A DNA stretch of 16,874 bases from Acidobacteriota bacterium (lineage in GTDB: Bacteria > Acidobacteriota > UBA4820 > DSQY01): the NCBI GenBank assembly GCA_049967655.1, contig JBMFSH010000048.1, positions 1 to 16,874 of the forward strand. Direction: 5' to 3'. The number at the start of each line of letters is the position of its first letter. The stretch's first letter is position 1. Below the pieces are notes generated by a model. That model saw nothing but the letters and a program-made list of their open reading frames with translations, was not told the origin of the DNA and did not search any database. Shown here piece by piece: positions 1 to 7,999 of this stretch. The position numbers and the translations under genes were made by a program.

Positions 1-2
1 GG

Positions 3-245
3 GACATGGATCCCGCTGCGGAGGGCCATCCCATCCGGCGGATGGAGGGGATGGAGGTGGACTTTGCCGGCGACGTGATGCTCCTGGACGGAAGAGCCCA
101 CCGCGCCGTGCTGTTCTCCGGCGATGGACGCTACCTGTCGGCCACCGGAGAGGGAACGCGCGTGAGCTCCATGGGCTGGGACGGCCTCGATTCGGTGGTG
201 GTTCTGGACGAGAAGAGCGGCGCCGTGGGGAGGATCGCGCTGTGA
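3..245 (+). CDS. 3' end of a gene truncated by the window edge; possibly an NHL-repeat/beta-propeller protein
   Basis: Frame is open from the window start (gac atg gat...) to TGA 243-245, which overlaps the next GTG start (GTGA). The segments 'MEVDFAGDVMLLD...RAVLFSGDGRYL' and 'MGWDGLDSVVVLD' resemble propeller blades. Confidence 0.55.
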   Translation, partial: DMDPAAEGHPIRRMEGMEVDFAGDVMLLDGRAHRAVLFSGDGRYLSATGEGTRVSSMGWDGLDSVVVLDEKSGAVGRIAL

Positions 246-2407
246 GAAGGCTGTTCTTCGCTCTCCTCGTGACCGCCGGGCTGCTGCCTCTGGCTCTGGG
301 CGGCCAGGTGGTGGTCCAGGAGATCGGCGCCCTCCAGGAGACCTTTTCAAAGGCGCAGGATTCCTATCACGCCTTCAAATTTCCACAGGCGCTCCAGCTT
401 CTGAATCCCCTGGATGACACCCTGACCAAATGGGAACAGACGGGCCGGCTTCAGCCGAGCGACGAGACGCTGCTCGAACGGGTGCTGGAGCTGAAGGGCG
501 TCTGCGCGTATAACCTCGGCCAGTTGGACGACGCCAAGCAGGATTTCACGCGGCTGATCCAGCTGCGCCCCGAATATCCCTTTACGGTGACGCGCTCCCC
601 CAAGATCCAGAAGTTCTTTGAGGACGTGAGGAGCTCCATGACCGGGACGCTGGCCCTGTCGGTGGACCCGGAAGACAGCGTGGTCACCGTGGACGGTAGA
701 CAGCTCGGCACGGGCTATCCCCAGAGCTTTCCGGTGCTCAAGGGCCTGCATGTTCTTCGAGTGGCGCATCCCGGCTACACCTCTCAGGAGCAGGAGGTCA
801 ACGTCGAAATCGGAACCACCGTCCCCGTGACGATCCGGCTGGTACCCAACGCCCGCTCCATCTACTTCTTCGTGCAGCCGCAGGGCACCGAGCTGCTCAT
901 CGATGGAAAGCCTGTCGGCAGGGCCGAAAAGACCGCTTCGGCTCAGCAGGACTGGGCCCGGTTCGCCATCGAAAACAAGGTGAATCCGGGGTCTATCTAC
1001 GTTATCCCGGCCCTCTATCTCCCTCCCGGCGAACACAAGGTGACCCTCCTCCACCAGTGCTACCTCACCCGGGACTTCCTCATGACCGTGACCCTCGACA
1101 AGGTTAGAAACTCCGTCGGCTTCATCCGGCCCATATTCCTCGAACAGCGGAACGTGAACCTGGAGATCGCCTCTCACCCCACGGGGGCGCAGGTCACGCT
1201 GGATGGCCAGCAGGCGGGGATCACGCCCCTGAACCTCCAGAACTTCTGCATCGGAGAGCACGATCTCCTCGTGCAAAAGGCGGGCGTGGGGGAGTACCGG
1301 GCGAAGCTGGACATCCCCGACCAGAGTCCATACAAGGTCATGGCCGTCCTGAGGCCGACCCTCCTGTGGATCGGGCTGACCCGCGTGCAGGACGTCACTC
1401 CCGGCCAGCTCCAGGGACTTCAGGTGAAGATGAACGAGGCGGTGGGCGCCATGAAGCTCTTCAACGCCGTCCTCTCCAAGGAGAAGGACCCCATGCTCCC
1501 GGACACCTTCTTCGTGCCCGGGGTCGATCCGCAGGAGATCTCGGCGACCGTTCAGGAGCTTTGCACGAAGTACAAGTGCCAGGGTCTGCTCGCTGGCAAG
1601 CTCTCGCCGGCGGGGCCCTCTCAAGGAGCGGCTGTGCGAGTCACCCTAAGGCTCTTCGTCCCGGGCATTCCTGGGTACGATGAGTTCGGCAGCGTGCTGG
1701 GGCCCCGCGAAGAGGCCGCCGCCGCCCTCGAACCCGTGGACCGGCCGCTCATCCACCCGTCGGCCGGGGAGGTGGTGAACGTGGCCGACCTCCCGGGGGC
1801 TCCGGGCCCCACGTTCGTTCGCGGGGTGGGCGACCCCTCGGGTCCCTCCCCCGGCGATGTCCTGCTGGGCGTCGATACAACCCTCACTCCCACTGTCGCT
1901 TCGGCCGCCAAGGCGCTGGCAGGGGATCGGAATCCGACCATTCGCTATCTCCACAAGGGCCAGGAGAGGACCTGGCACTTCCGGGCCGACCAGGCCTTTG
2001 TGGTGCAGGTCTACGGGGGCTCTTCGTTCCCCTACAGGCGGCTCTGGCTGCTTTCCAAGCAGGCCGTTCTGGGGGCCGAGTCCACCTTTGAAAATCGCCC
2101 GGCGGTCCTGAATCTGGCGTGCGCGGACCTGAACCTGGGGCGCCCCGACCAGGCCCTCAAGGACCTGGACATGCTCGGTGCGGAGAGCTCGGGCGAGCCC
2201 TCCGGTGCCGCCTGGTCGTACCTTCGGGCCGTGGCGCTCATTCAACTGGGCAGGGTGGAAGAGGCCCGCCCCCTGCTGCTCTCGGCGGCGCGCGACCCGT
2301 CCGCCAGCTTGGACGGGCTGGGCGACATTCTCATCCAGCCCCTCGCGACTGACCTGTTGCAGCAGCTTCCGCCGCCACCCCTGCCGGTGCCCAAACCAGA
2401 GCACTGA
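242..2407 (+). CDS. Secreted TPR- and PEGA-domain protein (721 aa)
   Basis: N-terminal signal peptide MRRLFFALLVTAGLLPLALGG. TPR-like helices (LKGVCAYNLGQLDDAKQDFTRLIQLRP). PEGA-like repeats (SVDPEDSVVTVDGRQLG, VQPQGTELLIDGKPVG, SHPTGAQVTLDGQQAGITPL). C-terminal TPRs (YLRAVALIQLGRVEEARPLL). GGAGG lies upstream of the start. Confidence 0.8.
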   Translation: MRRLFFALLVTAGLLPLALGGQVVVQEIGALQETFSKAQDSYHAFKFPQALQLLNPLDDTLTKWEQTGRLQPSDETLLERVLELKGVCAYNLGQLDDAKQDFTRLIQLRPEYPFTVTRSPKIQKFFEDVRSSMTGTLALSVDPEDSVVTVDGRQLGTGYPQSFPVLKGLHVLRVAHPGYTSQEQEVNVEIGTTVPVTIRLVPNARSIYFFVQPQGTELLIDGKPVGRAEKTASAQQDWARFAIENKVNPGSIYVIPALYLPPGEHKVTLLHQCYLTRDFLMTVTLDKVRNSVGFIRPIFLEQRNVNLEIASHPTGAQVTLDGQQAGITPLNLQNFCIGEHDLLVQKAGVGEYRAKLDIPDQSPYKVMAVLRPTLLWIGLTRVQDVTPGQLQGLQVKMNEAVGAMKLFNAVLSKEKDPMLPDTFFVPGVDPQEISATVQELCTKYKCQGLLAGKLSPAGPSQGAAVRVTLRLFVPGIPGYDEFGSVLGPREEAAAALEPVDRPLIHPSAGEVVNVADLPGAPGPTFVRGVGDPSGPSPGDVLLGVDTTLTPTVASAAKALAGDRNPTIRYLHKGQERTWHFRADQAFVVQVYGGSSFPYRRLWLLSKQAVLGAESTFENRPAVLNLACADLNLGRPDQALKDLDMLGAESSGEPSGAAWSYLRAVALIQLGRVEEARPLLLSAARDPSASLDGLGDILIQPLATDLLQQLPPPPLPVPKPEH

Positions 2408-2465
2408 CGGACGATGCAAGCGGTGGCAGAACGCGTGATTGTGGACTCGGCAAGGGAGGAAACGG

Positions 2466-3518
2466 ATGAGCGACACCAGGCCGCCCGTTGGACGCCTGAC
2501 GCAGCTCAGCCACGGCGCTGGCTGAGCGTGCAAGATTAGTCCACTGGACCTGGCGGAGGTCCTCCGCCAGCTGCCCCCCATGACGGACCCGAACCTCCTG
2601 ACGCCCTCAGGGCATGTGGAGGACACCGCGGCCTATCTGTTGGACGCGGAGAGGGTCCTCCTGTTCACCGCGGATTACTTCACGCCGGTGGTGGACGATC
2701 CTTACGTGTTCGGGCAGATAGCGGCTGCCAATGCCTTTTCGGACGTCTACGCCATGGGGGGGCGCCCCAAATTGGCCCTCAACCTCATGAGCTTTCCAAG
2801 CCGGAAACACCGCATCGACGAGATGCTTCAGATCCTCAAAGGCGGGACCGACAAGGCGGTGGAGGCGGGCTGCCTCATCGTGGGGGGGCACACCGTGGAT
2901 GACGCAGAGCCCAAGTACGGCCTGGCCGTCATCGGCGAGGCTCGGGTCGAGAACCTCCTGCGAAAGGGAGGGGCGAAACCGGGAGATCGCATCGCCCTTA
3001 CAAAGCCCCTTGGGACCGGCATTCTGGCCACGGCCTACAAGTCGGGCGACCTTTCCGAATCCGAGTACGCGCCCGCGGTGGATTCCATGGCTTCCCTCAA
3101 CGCCGTCGCCGCCGAGTGCGCGCTCGAATCGGGCCTTCACGGCGCGACCGACGTCACGGGGTTCGGGCTGCTGGGCCACCTGTTGGAGATGTGCCGTGAG
3201 GCGGAGGCTGGCGCCGAAATCCGCTTCTCCGCGCTGCCGTTCTTCGGGGGGGTGGAACGGCAGGCCCTGGACCAGAACGTGCCCGGCGGCACCTACGCCA
3301 ACCGGGATCTCGTTCTCCCCCACGTGGACTCGCCGCCGGGTTTCCAGGACCACCACCTTCTCATGGCCGCCGACGCGCAGACTTCGGGAGGGCTTCTTCT
3401 CGCCGTGCCGCCGGGAGCCGCCGAACGCTTCGAGGAGGTGTGCCGAAGCCGAAGCCAGAGGTTCTGGTGGATCGGAACGTTTCGCTCCGCCCCCTGCCGG
3501 ATCCAGATTGTCCCCTGA
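2466..3518 (+). CDS. selD: Selenide, water dikinase (selenophosphate synthetase), selenocysteine-containing, 350 aa; in-frame TGA at 2523-2525 is Sec20
   Basis: RBS GGAGGA 2455-2460, then ATG 2466 gives MSDTRPPVGRLTQLSHGAG-U-ACKISP, in frame with the track ORF at 2580. This matches the SelD N-terminal motif (E. coli RLTQYSHGAGCGCKISP). Other SelD motifs present: TADYFTPVVDDP, NAFSDVYAMGG, GGHT, LTKPLGTG, TDVTGFGLLGHL, DAQTSGGLL. Confidence 0.95.
2546..2570 (+). promoter_or_regulatory. Candidate bacterial SECIS element downstream of the selD UGA
   Basis: Two overlapping alternative hairpins with G-initiated loops: GGACCT-GGCGG-AGGTCC (2546-2562) and CTGGCGGAG-GTC-CTCCGCCAG (2550-2570). Their loops begin 27 and 34 nt after the UGA. 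Confidence 0.55.
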
Positions 3519-3619
3519 GGGAGGGACCTTGCGACCGACGAAGCTCCCCCCTGCCATGCCCATAAGCCGCCGACCAAGACACGTCCCGCTTTCACCCCTC
3601 GCCCGACAAGGAGCCGTTC

Positions 3620-4945
3620 ATGCCTAAGCCGCGCCATCCGAAGGGGTTGTATGTCCTTTTCTTCACGGAGATGTGGGAGCGATTCAGCTTCTACACCATG
3701 TTCGCCGTCTTCGTGCTTTACATGACCGAGCCGGCGCACTATGCGAAGCTGAAGGTCCTGCCCTTCTTCGATCCCCACGTGATGTACGCGTGGTACTCCG
3801 GCCTCATCTACATCACGCCCCTGCTGGGAGGTTGGATCGCGGACCGGTACCTGGGTTGCCGGAAGACGGTCTACATCGGGGCCCTCCTCATGGCCATCGG
3901 CCAGTTCCTCCTGGCCACGACGAGCGTCTCCCTCTTCTATCCCGGCCTCGTGTTCCTGATCATGGGCGGCGGCTTTTTCAAACCCAACATCTCCACCATG
4001 GTGGGAAACCTGTACGAGCACGACAGCCCCCTGCGCGATTCCGCCTTCAACATCTTTTACATGGGGATCAACGTGGGGGCCTTCATCGCGCCCCTCGTGG
4101 CGGGCTGGCTCCAGGTGGCCTATGGCTTCCGCTGGGCCTTCTTCGCGGCGGGCGTGGGCATGATACTGTCGACCGTGATCCTGATCTCCTTCAACAAGTA
4201 CGTGGCACACGCGGACACCACCGCCACGGGGACGAGCGGCTTCGTCAGCGCCCGGGAGCCCAAGGACCGGCACGCCTTCTGGATGCGGATGTGGGCCCTC
4301 TACGCCGTCTTCGGAATCATCATTCTCTGGTGGGCCGTCTACATGCAGTACGGGGACGTGATGAACCTCTGGGCCCGGGACTACACCCAACCCGTGAGGA
4401 TGGGCACCTACACCATGCCCATCGAGTGGTACCAGTCCATCAACCCCATTTTCATCATTGTGTTTACGCCGATGCTGGTGTGGCTGTGGGGCTTCCTGAA
4501 CCGCCGGAAGATGGAGCCCTCCACCTCGGGCAAGATGCAGTGGGGCTTCTTCCTGAGCGTAGTCTCCTTCTTGATCATGGTGGCCGCTGCCGCGGGATTC
4601 TCACACGGCCATTCGCCCGTCAGCCCCTACTGGCTCGTAGCCTTCTACGGCATGATGACGCTCTCCGAACTTTGCCTGAGTCCCATGGGGCTCTCCTACG
4701 TCACCAAGGTGGCCCCGCCGCGGTACCAATCCCTCATGATGGGCATGTGGTTCGCGGCCAGCGGTGTGGGGAGCTTTCTCGCTGGATACCTGGGGCGCAT
4801 GTGGATCACGCCGGGTATTCAGAACGCCTTCCCCCTTCAGCTCCAGCCCGGGCCCTACTTCTGGCTGATGAGCGGGCTCTCCGTGGTCTGCCTGGCCATG
4901 ATGGCCTTCGCTTTTAGGATCGTGAACCAAGCGCCGGAACTCTAG
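3620..4945 (+). CDS. Proton-dependent oligopeptide transporter (POT/PTR family, MFS), DtpT-like
   Basis: ExxERF motif (FTEMWERFSFY), GGWIADRYLG, GFFKPNISTMVG, FYMGINVGAF, QSINP and ELCLSPMG. Many hydrophobic helices. RBS AAGGAG 3608-3613. Confidence 0.93.
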   Translation: MPKPRHPKGLYVLFFTEMWERFSFYTMFAVFVLYMTEPAHYAKLKVLPFFDPHVMYAWYSGLIYITPLLGGWIADRYLGCRKTVYIGALLMAIGQFLLATTSVSLFYPGLVFLIMGGGFFKPNISTMVGNLYEHDSPLRDSAFNIFYMGINVGAFIAPLVAGWLQVAYGFRWAFFAAGVGMILSTVILISFNKYVAHADTTATGTSGFVSAREPKDRHAFWMRMWALYAVFGIIILWWAVYMQYGDVMNLWARDYTQPVRMGTYTMPIEWYQSINPIFIIVFTPMLVWLWGFLNRRKMEPSTSGKMQWGFFLSVVSFLIMVAAAAGFSHGHSPVSPYWLVAFYGMMTLSELCLSPMGLSYVTKVAPPRYQSLMMGMWFAASGVGSFLAGYLGRMWITPGIQNAFPLQLQPGPYFWLMSGLSVVCLAMMAFAFRIVNQAPEL

Positions 4946-5077
4946 CGCACCGATGGGTGAGCAGGGTCGGCAGGCCGGCGGAGCGGTTGTTCACTGACCA
5001 TGAGGATGAGGTAGAACCGCGAATGGGGCCGCGCTGCGCTCCTACGCTCGAAATTCGATCGAGGAATGGGGGCTCCA

Positions 5078-5209
5078 GCAGTCTCTGACTACAAGAGCCG
5101 AAATATGCTACGCATGCCGAATTATTCCACAGTCCCGGGAAGTTGGCATAACTAATTGATAATAAGTCCCTTATCACTGACGTTCAGGGTGGGTGTAGTA
5201 AATTGCATC
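5078..5209. promoter_or_regulatory. Candidate upstream activator (bEBP-binding) sites: three tandem 15-mers with a 19-bp period plus one inverted copy
   Basis: GCAG-TCTCTGA-CTAC (5078-5092), GCCG-AAATATG-CTAC (5097-5111), GCCG-AATTATT-CCAC (5116-5130) and the inverted GTAG-TAAATTG-CATC (5195-5209). All lie upstream of a sigma-54 promoter. Confidence 0.55.
5149..5161 (-). promoter_or_regulatory. IHF binding site
   Basis: The minus strand reads TATCAA-TTAG-TTA, an exact match to WATCAR-N4-TTR, inside an AT-rich patch. Confidence 0.55.
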
Positions 5210-5265
5210 GCCTGAGTGAGAGGAGAGCGCCAGGGCGCCCTCCGAGTTGCGGATAATCTTTTATT

Positions 5266-5278
5266 TATCAGTTGATTA
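5266..5278 (+). promoter_or_regulatory. IHF binding site between the enhancer and the sigma-54 promoter
   Basis: TATCAG-TTGA-TTA is an exact WATCAR-N4-TTR match with a 5' A/T tract (ATCTTTTATT), about 25 bp upstream of the -24 box. Confidence 0.65.
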
Positions 5279-5301
5279 CAACGAGATCATGGGAAGCCGA
5301 T

Positions 5302-5318
5302 TTGGCTCTTCCTTTGCA
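5302..5318 (+). promoter_or_regulatory. Sigma-54 (RpoN) -24/-12 promoter for the gcvH-like gene or operon
   Basis: TTGGCTCTTCCTTTGCA: GG (5304-5305), N10, GC (5316-5317), with TGGC and TTGCA half-sites. It is preceded by an IHF site and lies about 85 bp before the ATG. Confidence 0.7.
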
Positions 5319-5402
5319 GAGGGAGGGGGGGCTTCGGGCGTCAGGCTCTCCAACGATGGGCAGGCGTCCGGGGAGGGTTGGGCCCGCAGAAGGGAGGGTC
5401 CC

Positions 5403-6086
5403 ATGGTTCCGATCCTGGTTGTTGCTACCGTTCTTGGTTTTCTGCTGGCCGACTTGGCGGTTCGATTCTTCATCCAAAGACGGAGTGGGGCACGGGAGGC
5501 CCCGCCCGTCTCCACCTCTTCCGCGCCGCTTCCGGATGGTCCCCTCCACTGGAAGGTGGAGGTTCCCGGGGGGGTGTTCTTGTCCCCCCGGCACGCCTGG
5601 GCGATCCTCGAACCGGAAGGCTTGGTACGGGTCGGGATGGACGATTTCGCCCGACAGATGCTGGGAGAGATCGACACTTTGGATTTGCCGGCGCCGCAGG
5701 CCTCGCTCAGGAAGGGAGAATCGGCGGTTACCCTATTCAAGGGGCACAGGCTGGCGCGGCTGGCGGCTCCCGTTAGCGGGGTCGTGGAGGAGGTCCATCA
5801 TCTGGTGGCGGTGGATCCTCAGGCCATCGCCCGTGACCCCTATGGAGAGGGTTGGCTGTTCAAGGTCAGGCCTTCCTATCTAGCGCACGAACTCAAGGGG
5901 TTGGTGGTGGCGGAGGATGCGAAGAGGTTTTTGGACAGCGAGGTCGAGCGCTTCAGGAGCTTCGCGCAGACTTTCCACGCCGACCTGGCGGCGGACGGGG
6001 GACGACCTGTGGCCGGCATCGTGCCCGCGCTGGGTTCGGAGGCCTGGGACGAGTTCAGGAGGGAATTCCTGGGCGAGGGCTTGTGA
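5403..6086 (+). CDS. Membrane-anchored glycine cleavage H-protein-like protein (227 aa) lacking the canonical lipoyl-lysine
   Basis: RBS GGAGG 5393-5397 and ATG 5403; the track start at 5247 runs through the promoter. N-terminal TM helix MVPILVVATVLGFLLADLAVRFF. GcvH motifs HAWA, VRVGMDDFA..LGEI, APVSGVVEEV and DPYGEGWLFKV. C-terminal extension ADGG...WDEFRREFL. Confidence 0.85.
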   Translation: MVPILVVATVLGFLLADLAVRFFIQRRSGAREAPPVSTSSAPLPDGPLHWKVEVPGGVFLSPRHAWAILEPEGLVRVGMDDFARQMLGEIDTLDLPAPQASLRKGESAVTLFKGHRLARLAAPVSGVVEEVHHLVAVDPQAIARDPYGEGWLFKVRPSYLAHELKGLVVAEDAKRFLDSEVERFRSFAQTFHADLAADGGRPVAGIVPALGSEAWDEFRREFLGEGL

Positions 6087-6376
6087 CCCGCTGACAGGCA
6101 CCACGGCGGGTGTGGGATATGAGCTACCGAGAGACCTCCCGGCGGAAGCGGACTTCCTTCGCCTATACACCTACCCTATATTGATCGTAACCCTCCCGGC
6201 GGGGGTCACAGCGCGCCCCGTTCCCCCCACTGCCGAGCTGGGCCCGGCCCATCCGCACGCCTCGGCGTGAGCATCCGGTCGGGCATCCGGTGATCCGGGA
6301 GTTCCCCCCTCGGGGGGCAGCGCGGGACGTTGATCGACGGCTTGGGGGCTGAGTGGGAACGTTCGGGGGAGTGCGG

Positions 6377-7999
6377 ATGGACGGGAGGTGGCGGTTCCGG
6401 GGCCTGACCTTCAAGCTGGCTGCCTCCCTCATCGGGACGGTGGTGGTGATCTCGGGAAGCCTCTGCTACGTGAGCGCCTACTTCCACCGACAGGCCCTGG
6501 AACGGCTCATGGTCCAGGAGGCGGACCGGGTCACCGACGTGGTCCGGCGCTCGACGCGCATGGCCATGCTCAACAACAGCCGCGATGAGCTCTACAAGAT
6601 CATGGACAGCATCGGGACCCAGCCAGGGATCGTGAGGCTCCGGATCTACAACGAACAGGGGCTCGTAACCTATTCGACGGACAAGGCCGAGATCGGCCAC
6701 TCGGTCAACAAGAAGGCCGAGGCCTGTTTCGCCTGCCACCAGAAGGGGCAGCCCCTCAGCCGCCTGAATCGGCCCGACCGAATTCGGGTATTCCGTGCGC
6801 CCAATGGGGGGCGCGTGGTCGGAGTCATCAACGCCATCGACAACGAGCCGGCTTGTTACAACGCCCCCTGCCACTACCACCCTTCGAACCAGCAGATACT
6901 CGGGGTGCTGGATGTGGACGTTTCTCTGAAGGATGTGGACGCCACGATCGCGAGTCTGAGGAACCGTGCGCTCGTCGGCGTGGTCGTCGATTTCCTGATC
7001 GTCTCCCTGGTTTCCTTCCTCTTCGTGTTTCTCCTCGTGGACAGGCCCCTCAAAGCGGTCATCGCCGGCACCAAGCGCGTGGCCGACGGCGACATGGATC
7101 ACCCCATTCCGGTCCGCACCCGGGATGAGCTGGGAGCCTTGGCCCAATCCTTCAACGACATGACGCGCCGGCTGAAGGAGGCCATGGAGGTGGTCAGGCA
7201 CTACAACCGGACACTCCAGTCCAAGGTGGAGGAGAAGACCGCCGAACTTCGGCAGGCCCAGGAGCACATGCTCCGGATCGACCGGATGGCCACGGTGGGG
7301 CGGCTGGCGGCGGTGATCGCCCACGAGATCAACAACCCCCTCTCGGGGATCCGGACCTACGCCAAGCTTCTCCAGAAACGCGCCATCAAGGAACCGGGAG
7401 TGGGAGATGAGGAGCGCCGGTACCTGGAACTCATCGAGAGCGAGGCCACCCGCTGCGGGGAGATCGTGAACTCCCTGCTCCAGTTCTCGCGCAAGTCGCC
7501 CATCAAGCTGGAACCCCAGGACATCAGCGGGCTCACGGCGGAGGCTCTTCGGCTCGTCCGCCACCGTCTCGACCTTCAATCGGTGACCGTGAACACCCAT
7601 TTGCCGGAGCGGTTGCCCCGCATCCATTGCAGCGGCCAACAGGTGATTCAGGCGCTGTTGGCCGTCTTCATCAACGCCTGCGAGGCCATGCCTTCGGAGG
7701 GAACCCTGACGGTCTCCACGGGATCGGAAGAGGGAGAGAAGGGCGTCTGGGTGCGGGTCGAGGATACGGGTGTCGGAATGGACGGCGAGACCATGGAGCA
7801 CATCTTCGAGCCCTTCTTCTCCACGAAGGAGGAGGTCCACGGCGTCGGCCTCGGCCTCGCCGTCGTCTACAGCATCGTCCAACGGCACGGCGGCCACATC
7901 GACGTGGAGTCCACGGTGGGCAAGGGCTCCGCGTTCACCCTCCACTTCCCCGTTCTGCCGCCGCAGGCAGGGGCATCGCAGAAGGAGGTGCCGGTATGA
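6377..7999 (+). CDS. Sensor histidine kinase (TM, periplasmic sensor with CxxCH and CX4CH motifs, TM, HAMP, HisKA, HATPase), about 540 aa
   Basis: RBS GGGGGAG 6365-6371 favours ATG 6377. Two TM segments and a HAMP domain (RDELGALAQSFNDM). H-box AHEINNPL, N-box INACEAM, G1 EDTGVGM, F-box FEPFFSTK, G2 GVGLGL. CFACH at 6725-6739 and CYNAPCH at 6854-6874. Confidence 0.95.
   Translation: MDGRWRFRGLTFKLAASLIGTVVVISGSLCYVSAYFHRQALERLMVQEADRVTDVVRRSTRMAMLNNSRDELYKIMDSIGTQPGIVRLRIYNEQGLVTYSTDKAEIGHSVNKKAEACFACHQKGQPLSRLNRPDRIRVFRAPNGGRVVGVINAIDNEPACYNAPCHYHPSNQQILGVLDVDVSLKDVDATIASLRNRALVGVVVDFLIVSLVSFLFVFLLVDRPLKAVIAGTKRVADGDMDHPIPVRTRDELGALAQSFNDMTRRLKEAMEVVRHYNRTLQSKVEEKTAELRQAQEHMLRIDRMATVGRLAAVIAHEINNPLSGIRTYAKLLQKRAIKEPGVGDEERRYLELIESEATRCGEIVNSLLQFSRKSPIKLEPQDISGLTAEALRLVRHRLDLQSVTVNTHLPERLPRIHCSGQQVIQALLAVFINACEAMPSEGTLTVSTGSEEGEKGVWVRVEDTGVGMDGETMEHIFEPFFSTKEEVHGVGLGLAVVYSIVQRHGGHIDVESTVGKGSAFTLHFPVLPPQAGASQKEVPV

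Noticed and set aside
2466..2525. selD as a nonsense pseudogene, or starting at ATG 2580
   Set aside because: The TGA falls exactly on the catalytic Cys/Sec position, the rest of the gene is intact, and ATG 2466 has a strong RBS while ATG 2580 has none.
5143..5160. TTGGCATAACTAATTGAT as a sigma-54 promoter
   Set aside because: There is no GC at GG+10. The segment is better explained as an IHF site on the minus strand.
6119..6184. 21-codon ORF MSYRETSRRKRTSFAYTPTLY in the spacer
   Set aside because: Weak RBS, atypical codon usage and no recognisable motif.
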